The notes under the pieces were generated by a model, which worked only from the letters and a program-made list of their open reading frames with translations, did not search any database and was not told where the DNA came from. Positions 31,941 to 42,386 of a stretch of 64,000 bases of DNA are shown piece by piece. Source of the DNA: Epithemia pelagica (Eukaryota > Protista > Bacillariophyta); contig OX337241.1 in NCBI GenBank assembly GCA_946965045.2, positions 1,302,001-1,366,000 on the forward strand. The letters run 5' to 3'. A program made the position numbers and the translations under genes. How positions within the stretch are numbered: position 1 is the stretch's first letter; each line of letters starts with the position of its first letter.

Positions 31941-34900
31941 ATGGCTTCCTCTCTGTCCTCGCCGTCCCACAAACGCCGCCGTCATTCCCAATCTCAGATA
32001 CGTAGACTATATGCGGCGCGTGATGAAAGGCAAAATACTGAAATGCCATCAAGAAACAGTGCTGATCGTAGTGGAAACAGCCTCGCCGAAAGTCAAACAA
32101 GGCCTTCAATCTCTGCTTCCGCCCAAGGTCCGACGAGCCGTTCACATCCGGATGTCCCCGATATTCCAGGTTTGACATACCGAACTCCTCCCACTATTGA
32201 CCCGCCCTTTGCCGGAATCCAACAACCGGCGGCATCGACGAACTCCGAGCCCACCACTCTTCTCGGCAGTACTGCTGTCAGTGACCTGTCGACCATCCCT
32301 TCCTCGGCACAAACCAATACTAATCATCCCTCCCCGCCGGCCTTGATGCTGACTCGTGTACCACCAGACGCTGGCCGTTCCAATCCGCAAGCAACTGGAC
32401 ATGCGTTGCTTCACCAGCAACCAATTTCGTCGTTGGCTTTCAACATCTGGCACCGTAAAGGCAGCTTCGGTCATGTCCAATTTGGCACCCAATCTTCCCC
32501 CCCAAAAGCCATGCATCTTGTACACCCTCCTACCACGACCACAAACGTTGCTTCTGTGCCCGAAAGGACTACAACTGCTGCTGCTGCCCCCTCAAACCCT
32601 ACCAACACCACTGCAAGTACTACATCTGCAACCTCTACCACCAGAGGTGACCCTGTCCGTCCCCCCATGGCCAATGTCCGCGTACGAAAGATCGACGAAG
32701 GGTGTTTCCTTATTCCTTTGCGGAAAGCACCTCCCCTTCAATGCCGTAGACCTGGACCTTCTGTCAATCATCCTCCTTTGGTAGTTGTTACACAGAAACA
32801 CACTGGTAGTAAAAAGACTCTTCCATTGGCCTCGAACAACGGCGCACAGCTTATGCGACGTGCGAAGAATTTCACATCAGGCGTGGCAAGGTCACCGACT
32901 GGCAGTTCCAAGCAGCGACGCTACCTCAATGCAACCACCACTAAACGCAAACATAACGAGAGTGAAGTTGAGAATGAAGACGACAACACTCAAGCCTTGT
33001 CTCCTCGTCCTTTGCAGATGGTGACATCATTTGCACTACGGACTCTCCTCATCGAGGATATTTGGTTCCTGAAGGTAGGCACACCGGTAGTGCTGTTCTT
33101 CCACGACGCACTCCTTCCGCCCAAATATTCCAAGCGTTTGCTGGATGTATGGAAGCATACACTGCAATGCAACACTGTGCCGACTGTAATGTGCCAAGGA
33201 CGGCCCTACAAGCAGTTAATTGGATGGGTACACAAGAATTGCGATGCCTCTGAAAGCGTTATCGGATTGACGCACCTCAACGATGTTGTCAGAAAATTGT
33301 CCGAGCATTCACAAAACGGAATCAAAATCAAATTCCCCATCTTTGACTCAAAAGATTTTACTTTGACGGCGCCACCCGCAGAATGTTACGAAGAACTTCT
33401 TTCTTGGTTTGAAATCTTTCGTTTCCCACAAGCTGTATTTTTGCAATGTGATTATCATCCGGAGAGGACATGGCTTGCAATCTTTAACATTCTTAAAGAC
33501 GCTGGTGATGATCGATTGACCATGTTACATCGTTTAGTCCAAGAAACAACTGGGGATAGATTTATGTTGGCAGAGTTGAGGATGGTTTGGCAGCGACTGG
33601 TGGTAAACTCTTGTGCTGAAAAGGGGATAGTCGAGCAAAAGGAATTGATTGACTCAATCCGGAAGGAAGCCGCCAATGCACCACCATCACCTCTGATAGA
33701 AACAGAAGTTGTCCAAGGCTTCTGTGACAATGTCGACCAACGTATCCTGGAAAGGCTCGAGGACTGCTTTGGCCGGTTCAATAACATTTTCGAGAAGTTT
33801 TTAAGTGAAGCTGAACTTCGTCACTTTGCCAAAGATTTTGAGAGGATGCTGCCACGGCAATTCTCAGCTTTGATGGGGTACAGCGGATATACAAAGAAGC
33901 TTGAAGCCCTGCCAGAGTCCGAACGTGGTTTCGTTCGATTACGATTCACGATCGATGTCTTCTTCCAATTTGTGATGAAAGTACGCCAACACAACAACCA
34001 CCGCCTTGTTCCTTTCGGTATGATCTTTGCCCTTGGTCAATTCGCATGCGGCCATCCATTACTGGCAACCCAGATCCCAGTATGGTTGGGTCTTTCGGTC
34101 TCAAAGCGGACCATGGAGCGGCGGTTAGAAGAATGGTTGTCATCCTATGATTCACGGACAAAGACTGCTATAAGGCGTGTTACACATTTGCTATGCGTTT
34201 TCGACAATCTCCAAGACGGTAGGAAGCTGCAATTTCAGCAAGGCCAAAGCTCAATCTTCACGAAGGTAACGGCACGCTTCCTCATGTCTATGCATTTGGC
34301 CTTGTTTCCGGATTGGGTATACTCCTTCCGCAAAAGACCAGAACTGACTTTCATTAAACAGGCCATACCATCACCATACCAGATACCTGCATTGGAGAAT
34401 CAGTCTGATCGTAGTGTTTATGATGTGCTCTGTTCTATTGGCCAAGGTAATTATGAATCAGACCTTGATCACGACGGCAACCCCTTCGACTGTTCTGGTA
34501 TACGCGTGGCATATTACCAGCAACTGACTCGATGTTGCAGGGAGCTTCATATGGTGAGGCGTTTTCTCTCAACTAAACGCCAACCAGGTCAGAACTGCGA
34601 TTATACTTTGCAACCAACCGAATTCGCTCTCCATCGTGTAAGGTTTGCAATAGTGTCAGCCCTAAACAAGCTACGAAAGAATCGCGAATCCAACATCTTC
34701 GAAGTGGCCCGTCAATTTCCAACGAAAATTGTTCGGACGTGGCGGCATGAGCCTCCCTTGGCTGAACTATTGATCCTACCAGTCTCTGTCCTAGATGAGA
34801 CAACCAAAATTGGGGCCTCCGGAGTCATAGTTGATTTTATGGTGCTACATGGATTACTAAGATGGAATGAATATGCAGGTATTTATGAGCCGGGGGATGG

Positions 34901-36947
34901 GTGGGAAGAGAAGTGGCTTTATGTCGTGGGCGATGGATTATCCCTGGATAGGATTTTCCAGTTCTTCGATGATGTGATGACTATCACTGATGCGAAGACA
35001 ACGTCATTTCGCCAGGCATATAGGCAAGCAATGGCTATAACCCAAGTTATCCACCGCGTCGTCCCCATCAACGGCGACCTACATGTTCGTTTTCACATGC
35101 TAGATGCTGTGTACAGGCTTTTTTACGGTGGATTCCTCCAGCCAATTCAATACCGGCTGCAATGGAAACGCCTGTACGCACAAGATGTTTCGAAGAGTTA
35201 TCAATTGGCCCATCGATTGGCAGTAATGGTGTTTGACGAAGTAGACCGTATCATGATCGATGTCTTTGTCACGAGCACTATGACCTTAGAGAAGACTGAT
35301 GAGATACTTCATTTCCAAGGAGGAGAGGGTTTGGCAGTTCATATTGCAGAACAATACATGGTATATTTGCAACGACAGGTAAAGGAATGCAAAGACTGGT
35401 TGCATCGATATCTGTCCAATTACTTGCTAATAATGTGCAAGTATCTGGCGTTTCTGGAAGCCGAACAAATAGGCGATGCAGTGACCATGGAAGCTGTTGT
35501 CATAGAATACCTACCAATCCTTTACGCGACAGGGAAAGACAACTCATTCAATACACAAGTTAGATTAGTGGAGCTGTACTACGAGCGAATACCAATCTCT
35601 GTTCTCCAAACTGTGAGATTGAACAGGACAAAACAACAAAAGAGGGGGGTGCCTGGTTCGAGGCTGACAAAGGAAAGTGCCTTAGACCAAATCATGGAAA
35701 GGTTGATGCCTTTCTTTAAAGGCATGAACCACAACGGAACCAAAGCTGCATTTGTTCGCACTTCGAAGATGCTGACCGCCTGTCAACGCGCGAAGCACTT
35801 TATAGAGTACTATACTCGCCACCGTTCAGACGCAGAGTACGAGTGGAATGAGAGAGAATTGGAAAATGCATTCTCTGCAGAGGCTATTGAAGCAGGTCCT
35901 TTGACCGACCCTGGCCAACGCAACAAAACAACCACACGTCCTAGTACCAAATTGAATCGCGTGTTGGTAACAGAAATTCTAACTATTGCGAACTGCCACA
36001 AGGTGAGAGTTGAAGGGGCCCATGTAATGGACAAAAATGTATTCTGGAGGGCTTTGGACACGACAACTATGCAAGTGCACAAAAAAATACGGTACGGAGG
36101 TGATGGCCGCGTGGAGACTGATGCGACGGATAAGTTTGTGATTGTTCAAGTAGACGCAATGATGCGTCACATGCGGACCGGACCTCACAAGAAAGAATAC
36201 GATGCGAAGGATAGTAAGAATGAAGACACGGCAATGCAAGGTGACAAGAAGGATGTAGACGAGGATGACAGTACGGTCATAGACCTTGCCGAAGTAATGG
36301 ATGACGATGATTGGCGGTCTACGGGTGCAAATGAGATGGCATATTTCAGTGATGACGAAACTATAGTTGTTGATGTCGAGAAAGACGCCCGCTGGTACGA
36401 CACAAGCCAACCAGTAACTATGGAAGAGGCGGCTGAGGAAAATGGGGATGATGAAGGAAACGTTAGTGGACAAGACAGCAACAAGGAGCAAGAGGAAATT
36501 CCAGAGACACAAATTGAAGAGGTGCTTCTGGCAACAGCTGACGAGGTGCCATCAGAAGAGGATGATGACGAGGAAAAAGAGAACCGTACGAAAGAGAAAG
36601 AGGACAAAGTAGACGGAAGCAAACAAGAGAAATTAAGGGAGAAAGCGAAAGTAAAAGGGATGAAAGTTGTGGACATGAACCCCATGGCAGCAACAGATAT
36701 AGTAGGAGATGCGGTCCAAGCAATGGAAAAGAAGAATGTCCTCAAATCGCGGCAAAGGGATGTAGTAAGGAAACAACGAGAGCACCATTTCTTGAGGCAC
36801 AAACTGTTCACAAGGCTGCAAGAAATGGAGGACACAACATCCCATCTCCAATGGGTGAACCATCTCGAAGAGTGCATGTCTGTAACAGAGCGTCTCGATC
36901 GCTCAATCAATCTATTCAAGGCATTCAAAGACGACAACAAGATATAA
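31941..36947 (+). CDS. Academ-type DDE transposase (DUF6589-like), about 1670 aa
   Basis: CVFDNLQ (D1), VVGDGLSLDR (D2), NGDLHVRFHMLDAVYRLFYGG and ALDQIMERL (E) motifs; low-complexity N-terminus and acidic C-terminus. The likely ATG is 31941; the listed 31821 ATG lies inside the TIR. Confidence 0.8.
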   Translation: MASSLSSPSHKRRRHSQSQIRRLYAARDERQNTEMPSRNSADRSGNSLAESQTRPSISASAQGPTSRSHPDVPDIPGLTYRTPPTIDPPFAGIQQPAASTNSEPTTLLGSTAVSDLSTIPSSAQTNTNHPSPPALMLTRVPPDAGRSNPQATGHALLHQQPISSLAFNIWHRKGSFGHVQFGTQSSPPKAMHLVHPPTTTTNVASVPERTTTAAAAPSNPTNTTASTTSATSTTRGDPVRPPMANVRVRKIDEGCFLIPLRKAPPLQCRRPGPSVNHPPLVVVTQKHTGSKKTLPLASNNGAQLMRRAKNFTSGVARSPTGSSKQRRYLNATTTKRKHNESEVENEDDNTQALSPRPLQMVTSFALRTLLIEDIWFLKVGTPVVLFFHDALLPPKYSKRLLDVWKHTLQCNTVPTVMCQGRPYKQLIGWVHKNCDASESVIGLTHLNDVVRKLSEHSQNGIKIKFPIFDSKDFTLTAPPAECYEELLSWFEIFRFPQAVFLQCDYHPERTWLAIFNILKDAGDDRLTMLHRLVQETTGDRFMLAELRMVWQRLVVNSCAEKGIVEQKELIDSIRKEAANAPPSPLIETEVVQGFCDNVDQRILERLEDCFGRFNNIFEKFLSEAELRHFAKDFERMLPRQFSALMGYSGYTKKLEALPESERGFVRLRFTIDVFFQFVMKVRQHNNHRLVPFGMIFALGQFACGHPLLATQIPVWLGLSVSKRTMERRLEEWLSSYDSRTKTAIRRVTHLLCVFDNLQDGRKLQFQQGQSSIFTKVTARFLMSMHLALFPDWVYSFRKRPELTFIKQAIPSPYQIPALENQSDRSVYDVLCSIGQGNYESDLDHDGNPFDCSGIRVAYYQQLTRCCRELHMVRRFLSTKRQPGQNCDYTLQPTEFALHRVRFAIVSALNKLRKNRESNIFEVARQFPTKIVRTWRHEPPLAELLILPVSVLDETTKIGASGVIVDFMVLHGLLRWNEYAGIYEPGDGWEEKWLYVVGDGLSLDRIFQFFDDVMTITDAKTTSFRQAYRQAMAITQVIHRVVPINGDLHVRFHMLDAVYRLFYGGFLQPIQYRLQWKRLYAQDVSKSYQLAHRLAVMVFDEVDRIMIDVFVTSTMTLEKTDEILHFQGGEGLAVHIAEQYMVYLQRQVKECKDWLHRYLSNYLLIMCKYLAFLEAEQIGDAVTMEAVVIEYLPILYATGKDNSFNTQVRLVELYYERIPISVLQTVRLNRTKQQKRGVPGSRLTKESALDQIMERLMPFFKGMNHNGTKAAFVRTSKMLTACQRAKHFIEYYTRHRSDAEYEWNERELENAFSAEAIEAGPLTDPGQRNKTTTRPSTKLNRVLVTEILTIANCHKVRVEGAHVMDKNVFWRALDTTTMQVHKKIRYGGDGRVETDATDKFVIVQVDAMMRHMRTGPHKKEYDAKDSKNEDTAMQGDKKDVDEDDSTVIDLAEVMDDDDWRSTGANEMAYFSDDETIVVDVEKDARWYDTSQPVTMEEAAEENGDDEGNVSGQDSNKEQEEIPETQIEEVLLATADEVPSEEDDDEEKENRTKEKEDKVDGSKQEKLREKAKVKGMKVVDMNPMAATDIVGDAVQAMEKKNVLKSRQRDVVRKQREHHFLRHKLFTRLQEMEDTTSHLQWVNHLEECMSVTERLDRSINLFKAFKDDNKI

Positions 36948-36979
36948 AACTGCAGATCTGGGCCAGGTTTATAGCGTAG

Positions 36980-39031
36980 TTAAATGGAATTCGTATTAGG
37001 GATTGATTTGAAGCCTTTCCATGCTTCTGGGTCGTTTAGTCTTGGGTTTCCGTTTGGTAAGTATCCGAGCTTTGCACACAGTTTCAAGCCATCTATTTCG
37101 GGTTCTAATATCCCAGCACAGAAACATTTAAGAATCAACGCTTTGGTTCGTTGCCGAACGCTCTGCTTTGACGTCACTCCAAGTACAGACTTTGCAAAAG
37201 CCTTCACAGTCTTGCCATTGCTATCAACAGTCTCATAATTCAGCATCTCATTGAGAAAGACATCCTTATGAAGTTGAAGACGTGACGGAGGAAGCTTGGC
37301 TGTGATAAAAATCATAACTAGGTATCGTTTGAATGCCTCATGGTGAATGGGTGCATCAAGAGGTGTGGAAATGCGCGGTTTGCGACAGCGCCAACAAGCA
37401 CCGTCGCAAGTAACCGGCATATCGCATATTGTAGTTTTGTGAGGGTGGACCATGCTCTTTTCGAGTAAAAAATGAACGCACTGTCCGTCGTCCAGACAGA
37501 CAATGGATAAAACACGAAGGACATTCTGCCACTGGCGTCTAATGAGGGCATCGGTGTCCAGAAGCTCTACCGAATTGGGAACTGACTGTTTGTCTTGGCT
37601 CGTGCTTTCCTTGTCATATCTGGAGAGGATAAAAATTCGTGTCATGAGGGAGATGAGGCTGTTGAGAGAGACAACCATACAAAACAAAGATGTTGCAGCA
37701 CTTGCTTGAGGACCCCGGCCACACCGACCAGAACATTGAAGGAGATCTTCTAGACTTTGCGGGAAACCATGAAATAAGACAGTATCGACGTTGGGACAGT
37801 CTACCCCAGAACTAGTTGTGGCGGCGGTGGCAAAATAAGCAACTGGATCAAAACATAGAGTTGTACCTGTGTGTGGACAGGTGCTGGTCAAAGGCTTGCC
37901 CACAAAGAGTTCCGTATTATGGAACTTTTGCTCTCGGTACATATGGCCATGGACAAGCACAAGGTCCTTCTCGATCCCCAGTAGGTTGAGATTGTCACGA
38001 TTTTGTTCATATAGCCGAATGATAGCCTTCCTGGAATTGGAATATATCATAATTTTACGGCAACCGGGTTGCTTGCACATCTTTACAACTTCTCTCTTTA
38101 CCCGACGAAGGGGGGAATCCTGGAATGTAATGTCAAGGGAAATGTTGCGTCGGTGAACACCTGAGTGATGGTGTGGCCATATAAGGTCTGTAATGGGATG
38201 GAATGAAAGACTTGTAAGCTTTTGCAGATCATGCAGCATCAAAGGGGATGGTGTTGCCGTCATGAACAGTACTGGGATGGGTAGCTTTGTTCTGTGGTTT
38301 GCAACTTGGAATAGAAGTCTCTTCAACTCACTGAATTCCAAACGGAATTCCCTGCCGTGAGACGCGTACAAGTGGCACTCATCTACGGCGATACAGCGGA
38401 GAATACCCTTCTGGAAGCAGGTGCGGACAGTTTGCTGCCACAATGGATCTTGACTCAACTTCTGTGGCGACGAGAATAAGGACACTCGTGTCTTCCCATC
38501 AGGTGATAAGCGTTTAAGGTTTTCACGGAGGGTGGCATTGAGAGACTTGGTACGGATAATGTCGAGATTGAACACATGTAAGCGGCCAGATAGTTGTTGC
38601 TTAGCAGAGAGTTGTGACAGTTTGGAAGTTTGATCCGCAGATAAACTTAACAAAGGGACAATTGTGAGGGTAATGCCGCCGCAAAGAAAACCACTGACGT
38701 CCCTCACAGCACTTTTACCACCACCGGTGGAGCGAACAAGTAGTAGAGGACGCATGGGGGTAGGAGGGGTCGACAAACGGCAGGTGTGGCGCCAAAGAAC
38801 TTCCTTACAGGCTTCGACTTGCCATTTACGGGCGGTCTCGCCATGCCAATCAGTGAAGCACAACTTGATTGCTTCTTTCAGAGAATCTGAGTCTTCAGGG
38901 ATGGAAGAGGGATCGAGAAGAACAGGGAAGGCACTTCGGTGCTGGGAAGAGGGGAGCTTGAGGCATGGGAGAAAGGGTCGTTCATTGTGCTCTTGTTGGT
39001 AGAACTGTTGCACAGTAATCCGCCTTCTCAA
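36980..39031 (-). CDS. RecQ-like superfamily 2 helicase encoded by the transposon
   Basis: STGGGKS (I), IVPLLSLSADQ (Ia), VDECH (II), MTAT (III), SSGVDCPNV (V), QCSGRCGR (VI) and a C-terminal Cys cluster (C..H...CDGACWRC). The ORF begins at TTG, with no upstream in-frame ATG. Confidence 0.9.
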   Translation of the reverse strand: MRRRITVQQFYQQEHNERPFLPCLKLPSSQHRSAFPVLLDPSSIPEDSDSLKEAIKLCFTDWHGETARKWQVEACKEVLWRHTCRLSTPPTPMRPLLLVRSTGGGKSAVRDVSGFLCGGITLTIVPLLSLSADQTSKLSQLSAKQQLSGRLHVFNLDIIRTKSLNATLRENLKRLSPDGKTRVSLFSSPQKLSQDPLWQQTVRTCFQKGILRCIAVDECHLYASHGREFRLEFSELKRLLFQVANHRTKLPIPVLFMTATPSPLMLHDLQKLTSLSFHPITDLIWPHHHSGVHRRNISLDITFQDSPLRRVKREVVKMCKQPGCRKIMIYSNSRKAIIRLYEQNRDNLNLLGIEKDLVLVHGHMYREQKFHNTELFVGKPLTSTCPHTGTTLCFDPVAYFATAATTSSGVDCPNVDTVLFHGFPQSLEDLLQCSGRCGRGPQASAATSLFCMVVSLNSLISLMTRIFILSRYDKESTSQDKQSVPNSVELLDTDALIRRQWQNVLRVLSIVCLDDGQCVHFLLEKSMVHPHKTTICDMPVTCDGACWRCRKPRISTPLDAPIHHEAFKRYLVMIFITAKLPPSRLQLHKDVFLNEMLNYETVDSNGKTVKAFAKSVLGVTSKQSVRQRTKALILKCFCAGILEPEIDGLKLCAKLGYLPNGNPRLNDPEAWKGFKSIPNTNSI

Positions 39032-39352
39032 TACTTCTGTTGAAGATATGTCGTTTGATTTCGACCACTACAGGTTTGTTTAAGGGATAAAGAAGCGAAG
39101 TGGAGGGGTTGGTGGGAATGCGAAGGACCAGGGAAGGTGTTACCTGGACGACAAGGTTGGCTCCGCGGTGAATGTGTTGTGGATGAGGTGCTTTTGTGTC
39201 AAAGTTGGGAAATCGCCAATTTTGAGGATCGCGCCTTGGGGGTGAGTAAGGGAATACAAACCGTGTATTCTATCACTAATCCTCATGACTCACCCCCGCT
39301 GGGGGGTATGAGTCCATTACCGGAAGTTGCTGTGGAGAGTGACGCTGAGACC

Positions 39353-39368
39353 AGAGAGAGAGAGAGAG
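39353..39368 (+). repeat. (AG)8 microsatellite upstream of the peptidase gene
   Basis: AGAGAGAGAGAGAGAG read directly. Confidence 0.85.
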
Positions 39369-39504
39369 AAGAAACCACGTTGTTGTGTCTGCCGTTGGCT
39401 CTTGAGCGTTTGACAGGATAAATAATCTCTGTCCATTGCCATCTGCAATCCCTGCGACAATAAAGAGCAGCAGAAGTAACTTGGATCACAAAGCTCCACC
39501 ATAG

Positions 39505-42210
39505 ATGCCATACTACATTGCAGTTCGTACCTTAACGTTGTTGGTTGCCCGCTCTGTCTTGGCTCGATCGTTGTCATTTCCTCTCTCCTACAATATCAAT
39601 CAGAGACTTCTCAGGTTTGGGAAAGCTTCTTCCTCTTCGACTGTATTACAATCGACTTCCTTGCATTTCTGCTCGTGTCTCTTCCAGCAGAAAAATAGCC
39701 GACCGACAACGCCGAGAATTTGTTACTCGGGGAGATCCTTAACAACACCAGTACAAGCCATGTCATCCAGTAGCGGAGAGCAAGAGAAACCAGACGACCC
39801 CTATCTATGGTTAGAAGAGGTGGAATCGAAAGAATCATTGGACTTTGCCCAAAAAAGCAATGAAGCTTGTATGAAAGCGCTGGGAAATCCTGAATCGTCT
39901 GCCACCAATACCTATGGCCGTGTGTTGGAGGTGCTACAATCAACGGATCGCATCCCCTATGTTGGATTATATGGATATAATGAGGAGGGCAAAGCTATTC
40001 TAATGAATTTTTGGAAAGATGCACAAAATACGAAGGGATTGTGGCGACAAACAACCATGGAATCGTACATGTCGGAAACAACCGAATGGGAAACAGTGTT
40101 AGATGTTGATGCATTGGCCGAAAAGGATGAAAAGGCGTGGGTATGGAAAGGGAGTCGGCCATTGCCGAGATCTCGAGATGACGTAGGAAGTGGTCAACGC
40201 GTGGAACGAGTTTTGATTCGGCTTAGTCGAGGTGGATCCGATGCCGTTTATGTCAAAGAGTTCGATTTGATCAAGGGAGATTTTGTGCCGGAAGAAGAAC
40301 AGCCATTTGGCTTATCGGAAGCCAAGGTGAGCCGGTCAATACTCAAATGTCGTCTGCAAGGTTGCATAATGGCGATTCTCACCGACTTGTGTTTTTTTTT
40401 TACCGATATACAAATGCAGTCACGCGTCAGCTACAAGAGTAGAAATGTTTTACTTGTGGGGACAGATTTTGGACCTGATTCATTGACAGAATCAGGCTAT
40501 CCTCGAACGGTGCGAGAATGGGTTCGTGGGACCAAATTGGAGGATGCCCCCATTGTTTTTGAAGGCGAAAAGAGCGATGTGAGGTAGGAACTATGGAAGA
40601 GTCTAAGCCATTTTCTTCCTTCATCCGGATTACTAACACACCTATGCTTCAATATTTATCACAGTGTATCGGTTTATATCAGCGACGAACGGACATGGGG
40701 TGGTGGCCTTTATGAATTTCGGGCGCGATCCTTGACGTTTTACACCAGCAAGTATTGGATGCGTGAGATACAACCAGAGCATCTGTTAGCACCATCTGAT
40801 CCAGCTCGAATGAGTGTTGGAGAACCAGGGGAATTCATCGAACTTGAGACCCAAGATGATGCGGATCTATCGCTGTTGGGAAATCTTATGTTGATTTCCT
40901 TGCGGTCTGACTGGGAACCCGTTCCGGGTGGCAAGAAATATATCAAAGGCTCTTTGATTCATGTTCCCATTCACGATTTCTTAACTAAGGGAGCCTCCTC
41001 TTGTGCATACACTGTCTTGTTTGAACCTACTGACCGAACCGCCTATGAATATTATACCGCCACCAAAAATTACATGATTTTGGCCACAATGGAGAATGTC
41101 AAGTCCAAACTGGAATTTTACAAAATCGAGGACAATGGCTCCACGTTGCGCCTGTTACAATCGGCTCCTTCCGTTGCTGAAATTCGGGATTGTAGTGCCA
41201 GTCCTATTGATTCCTATTCCGGGAGTGACGAATTTTGGTTCAGCACGAGCGGCTACCTATCACCCAGCGCTCTCTTTTTGGCCGATGCTTCCAAAATGGA
41301 AAAGGCCTTGGAAGACGAAAAGGAGGAAGCGCGGGATGGTGAAGTTGACCGCTTCATTGTGAAGAAGTTGAAAGAACTCCCCCATAAGTTTGATGCATCT
41401 GACATGACAGTTGCACAGGAAACTGCCACCAGCAAGGATGGAACTCAAGTTCCCTACTTTATTGTAAAAAGAAAAGATACAGTTCTGAACGGTAAAAATC
41501 CAACAATGTTGTACGGATATGGTGGATTTGAAGTATCTTTGGGTCCTCACTATGGTGCGACGAGTGGATTAGCCTGGTTAGAGCGTGGTGGTGTGTTTGT
41601 CGAAGCCAACATTCGTGGTGGAGGAGAATTTGGTCCTACATGGCATCAGTCGGCCGTCAAAGCCTCCAAGTACAACTCATATGATGACTTCATTGCCGTT
41701 GCCGAACATTTAATATCAAGTGGTATTTGTAATCCCAAGACACTAGGCGTTCGCGGTGGCTCCAATGGCGGATTACTCATGGGGAACATGTACACTCGAA
41801 GACCCGACTTGTTTGGTGCCATTCATGCCGCAGTTCCTTTGTTTGATATGAAGCGGTACCATTTACTTCTGGCCGGAGCAAGTTGGATGGCAGAGTACGG
41901 AGATCCAGATACATCCGATTGGGACCAGTTTATGAGCTCTTTTTCTCCGTATCACAATGTCAAGTCCAATGTGGACTATCCACCAATTTTGGTAACTACG
42001 AGTACACGAGACGATCGTGTGCACCCTGCACACGCGCGCAAGTTTGTGAAAAAGCTACAAGATGTGATTCCGAGCTCGCTTGTTTACTACTACGAAAACA
42101 TTGAAGGAGGACATGCGGGTGCAGCTGACTCAAAACAGTCAGCATTTATGACTGCTTTGGCCTACGATTTTATGTTTGCTACTCTTTCAAAGAACGCCGA
42201 GTCTTTGTAG
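39505..42210 (+). CDS. Prolyl oligopeptidase (peptidase S9A), 3 exons
   Basis: DDPYLWLEE, GYGGF, GGGEFG, GGSNGG (Ser), RDDRVHPAH (Asp) and GGHAG (His) motifs. Introns at 40327-40419 and 40584-40664 restore a single frame. Confidence 0.93.
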
Positions 42211-42386
42211 ATATTGTATGACCCGTGGGCGTAACGATTGCTTATAGAGCCATGTAGCAGTAGTGCGTAAGCTTCAAATCAACGTCAAAGGTTGTCATTG
42301 GATCGAGACGAGAAGAACGTTGGTTTTCTACTGTGGTAATGAATCAGAGAAGCGTACACAAACCATGTTCCAAATACCTTGCTTCC

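Larger units (their letters stand above)
31783..39308. mobile_element. Academ-superfamily DNA transposon, AcademH-type (transposase plus RecQ-like helicase), 7526 bp
   Basis: Perfect 9-bp TSD TGAGTCCAT (31774-31782 and 39309-39317). Terminal 21-bp IR TACCCCCAAGTAGGGGTGAGT (18/21 match). Perfect 30-bp IR (31832-31861 / 39230-39259) and 14-bp IR (31871-31884 / 39197-39210). Two convergent ORFs. Confidence 0.88.
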
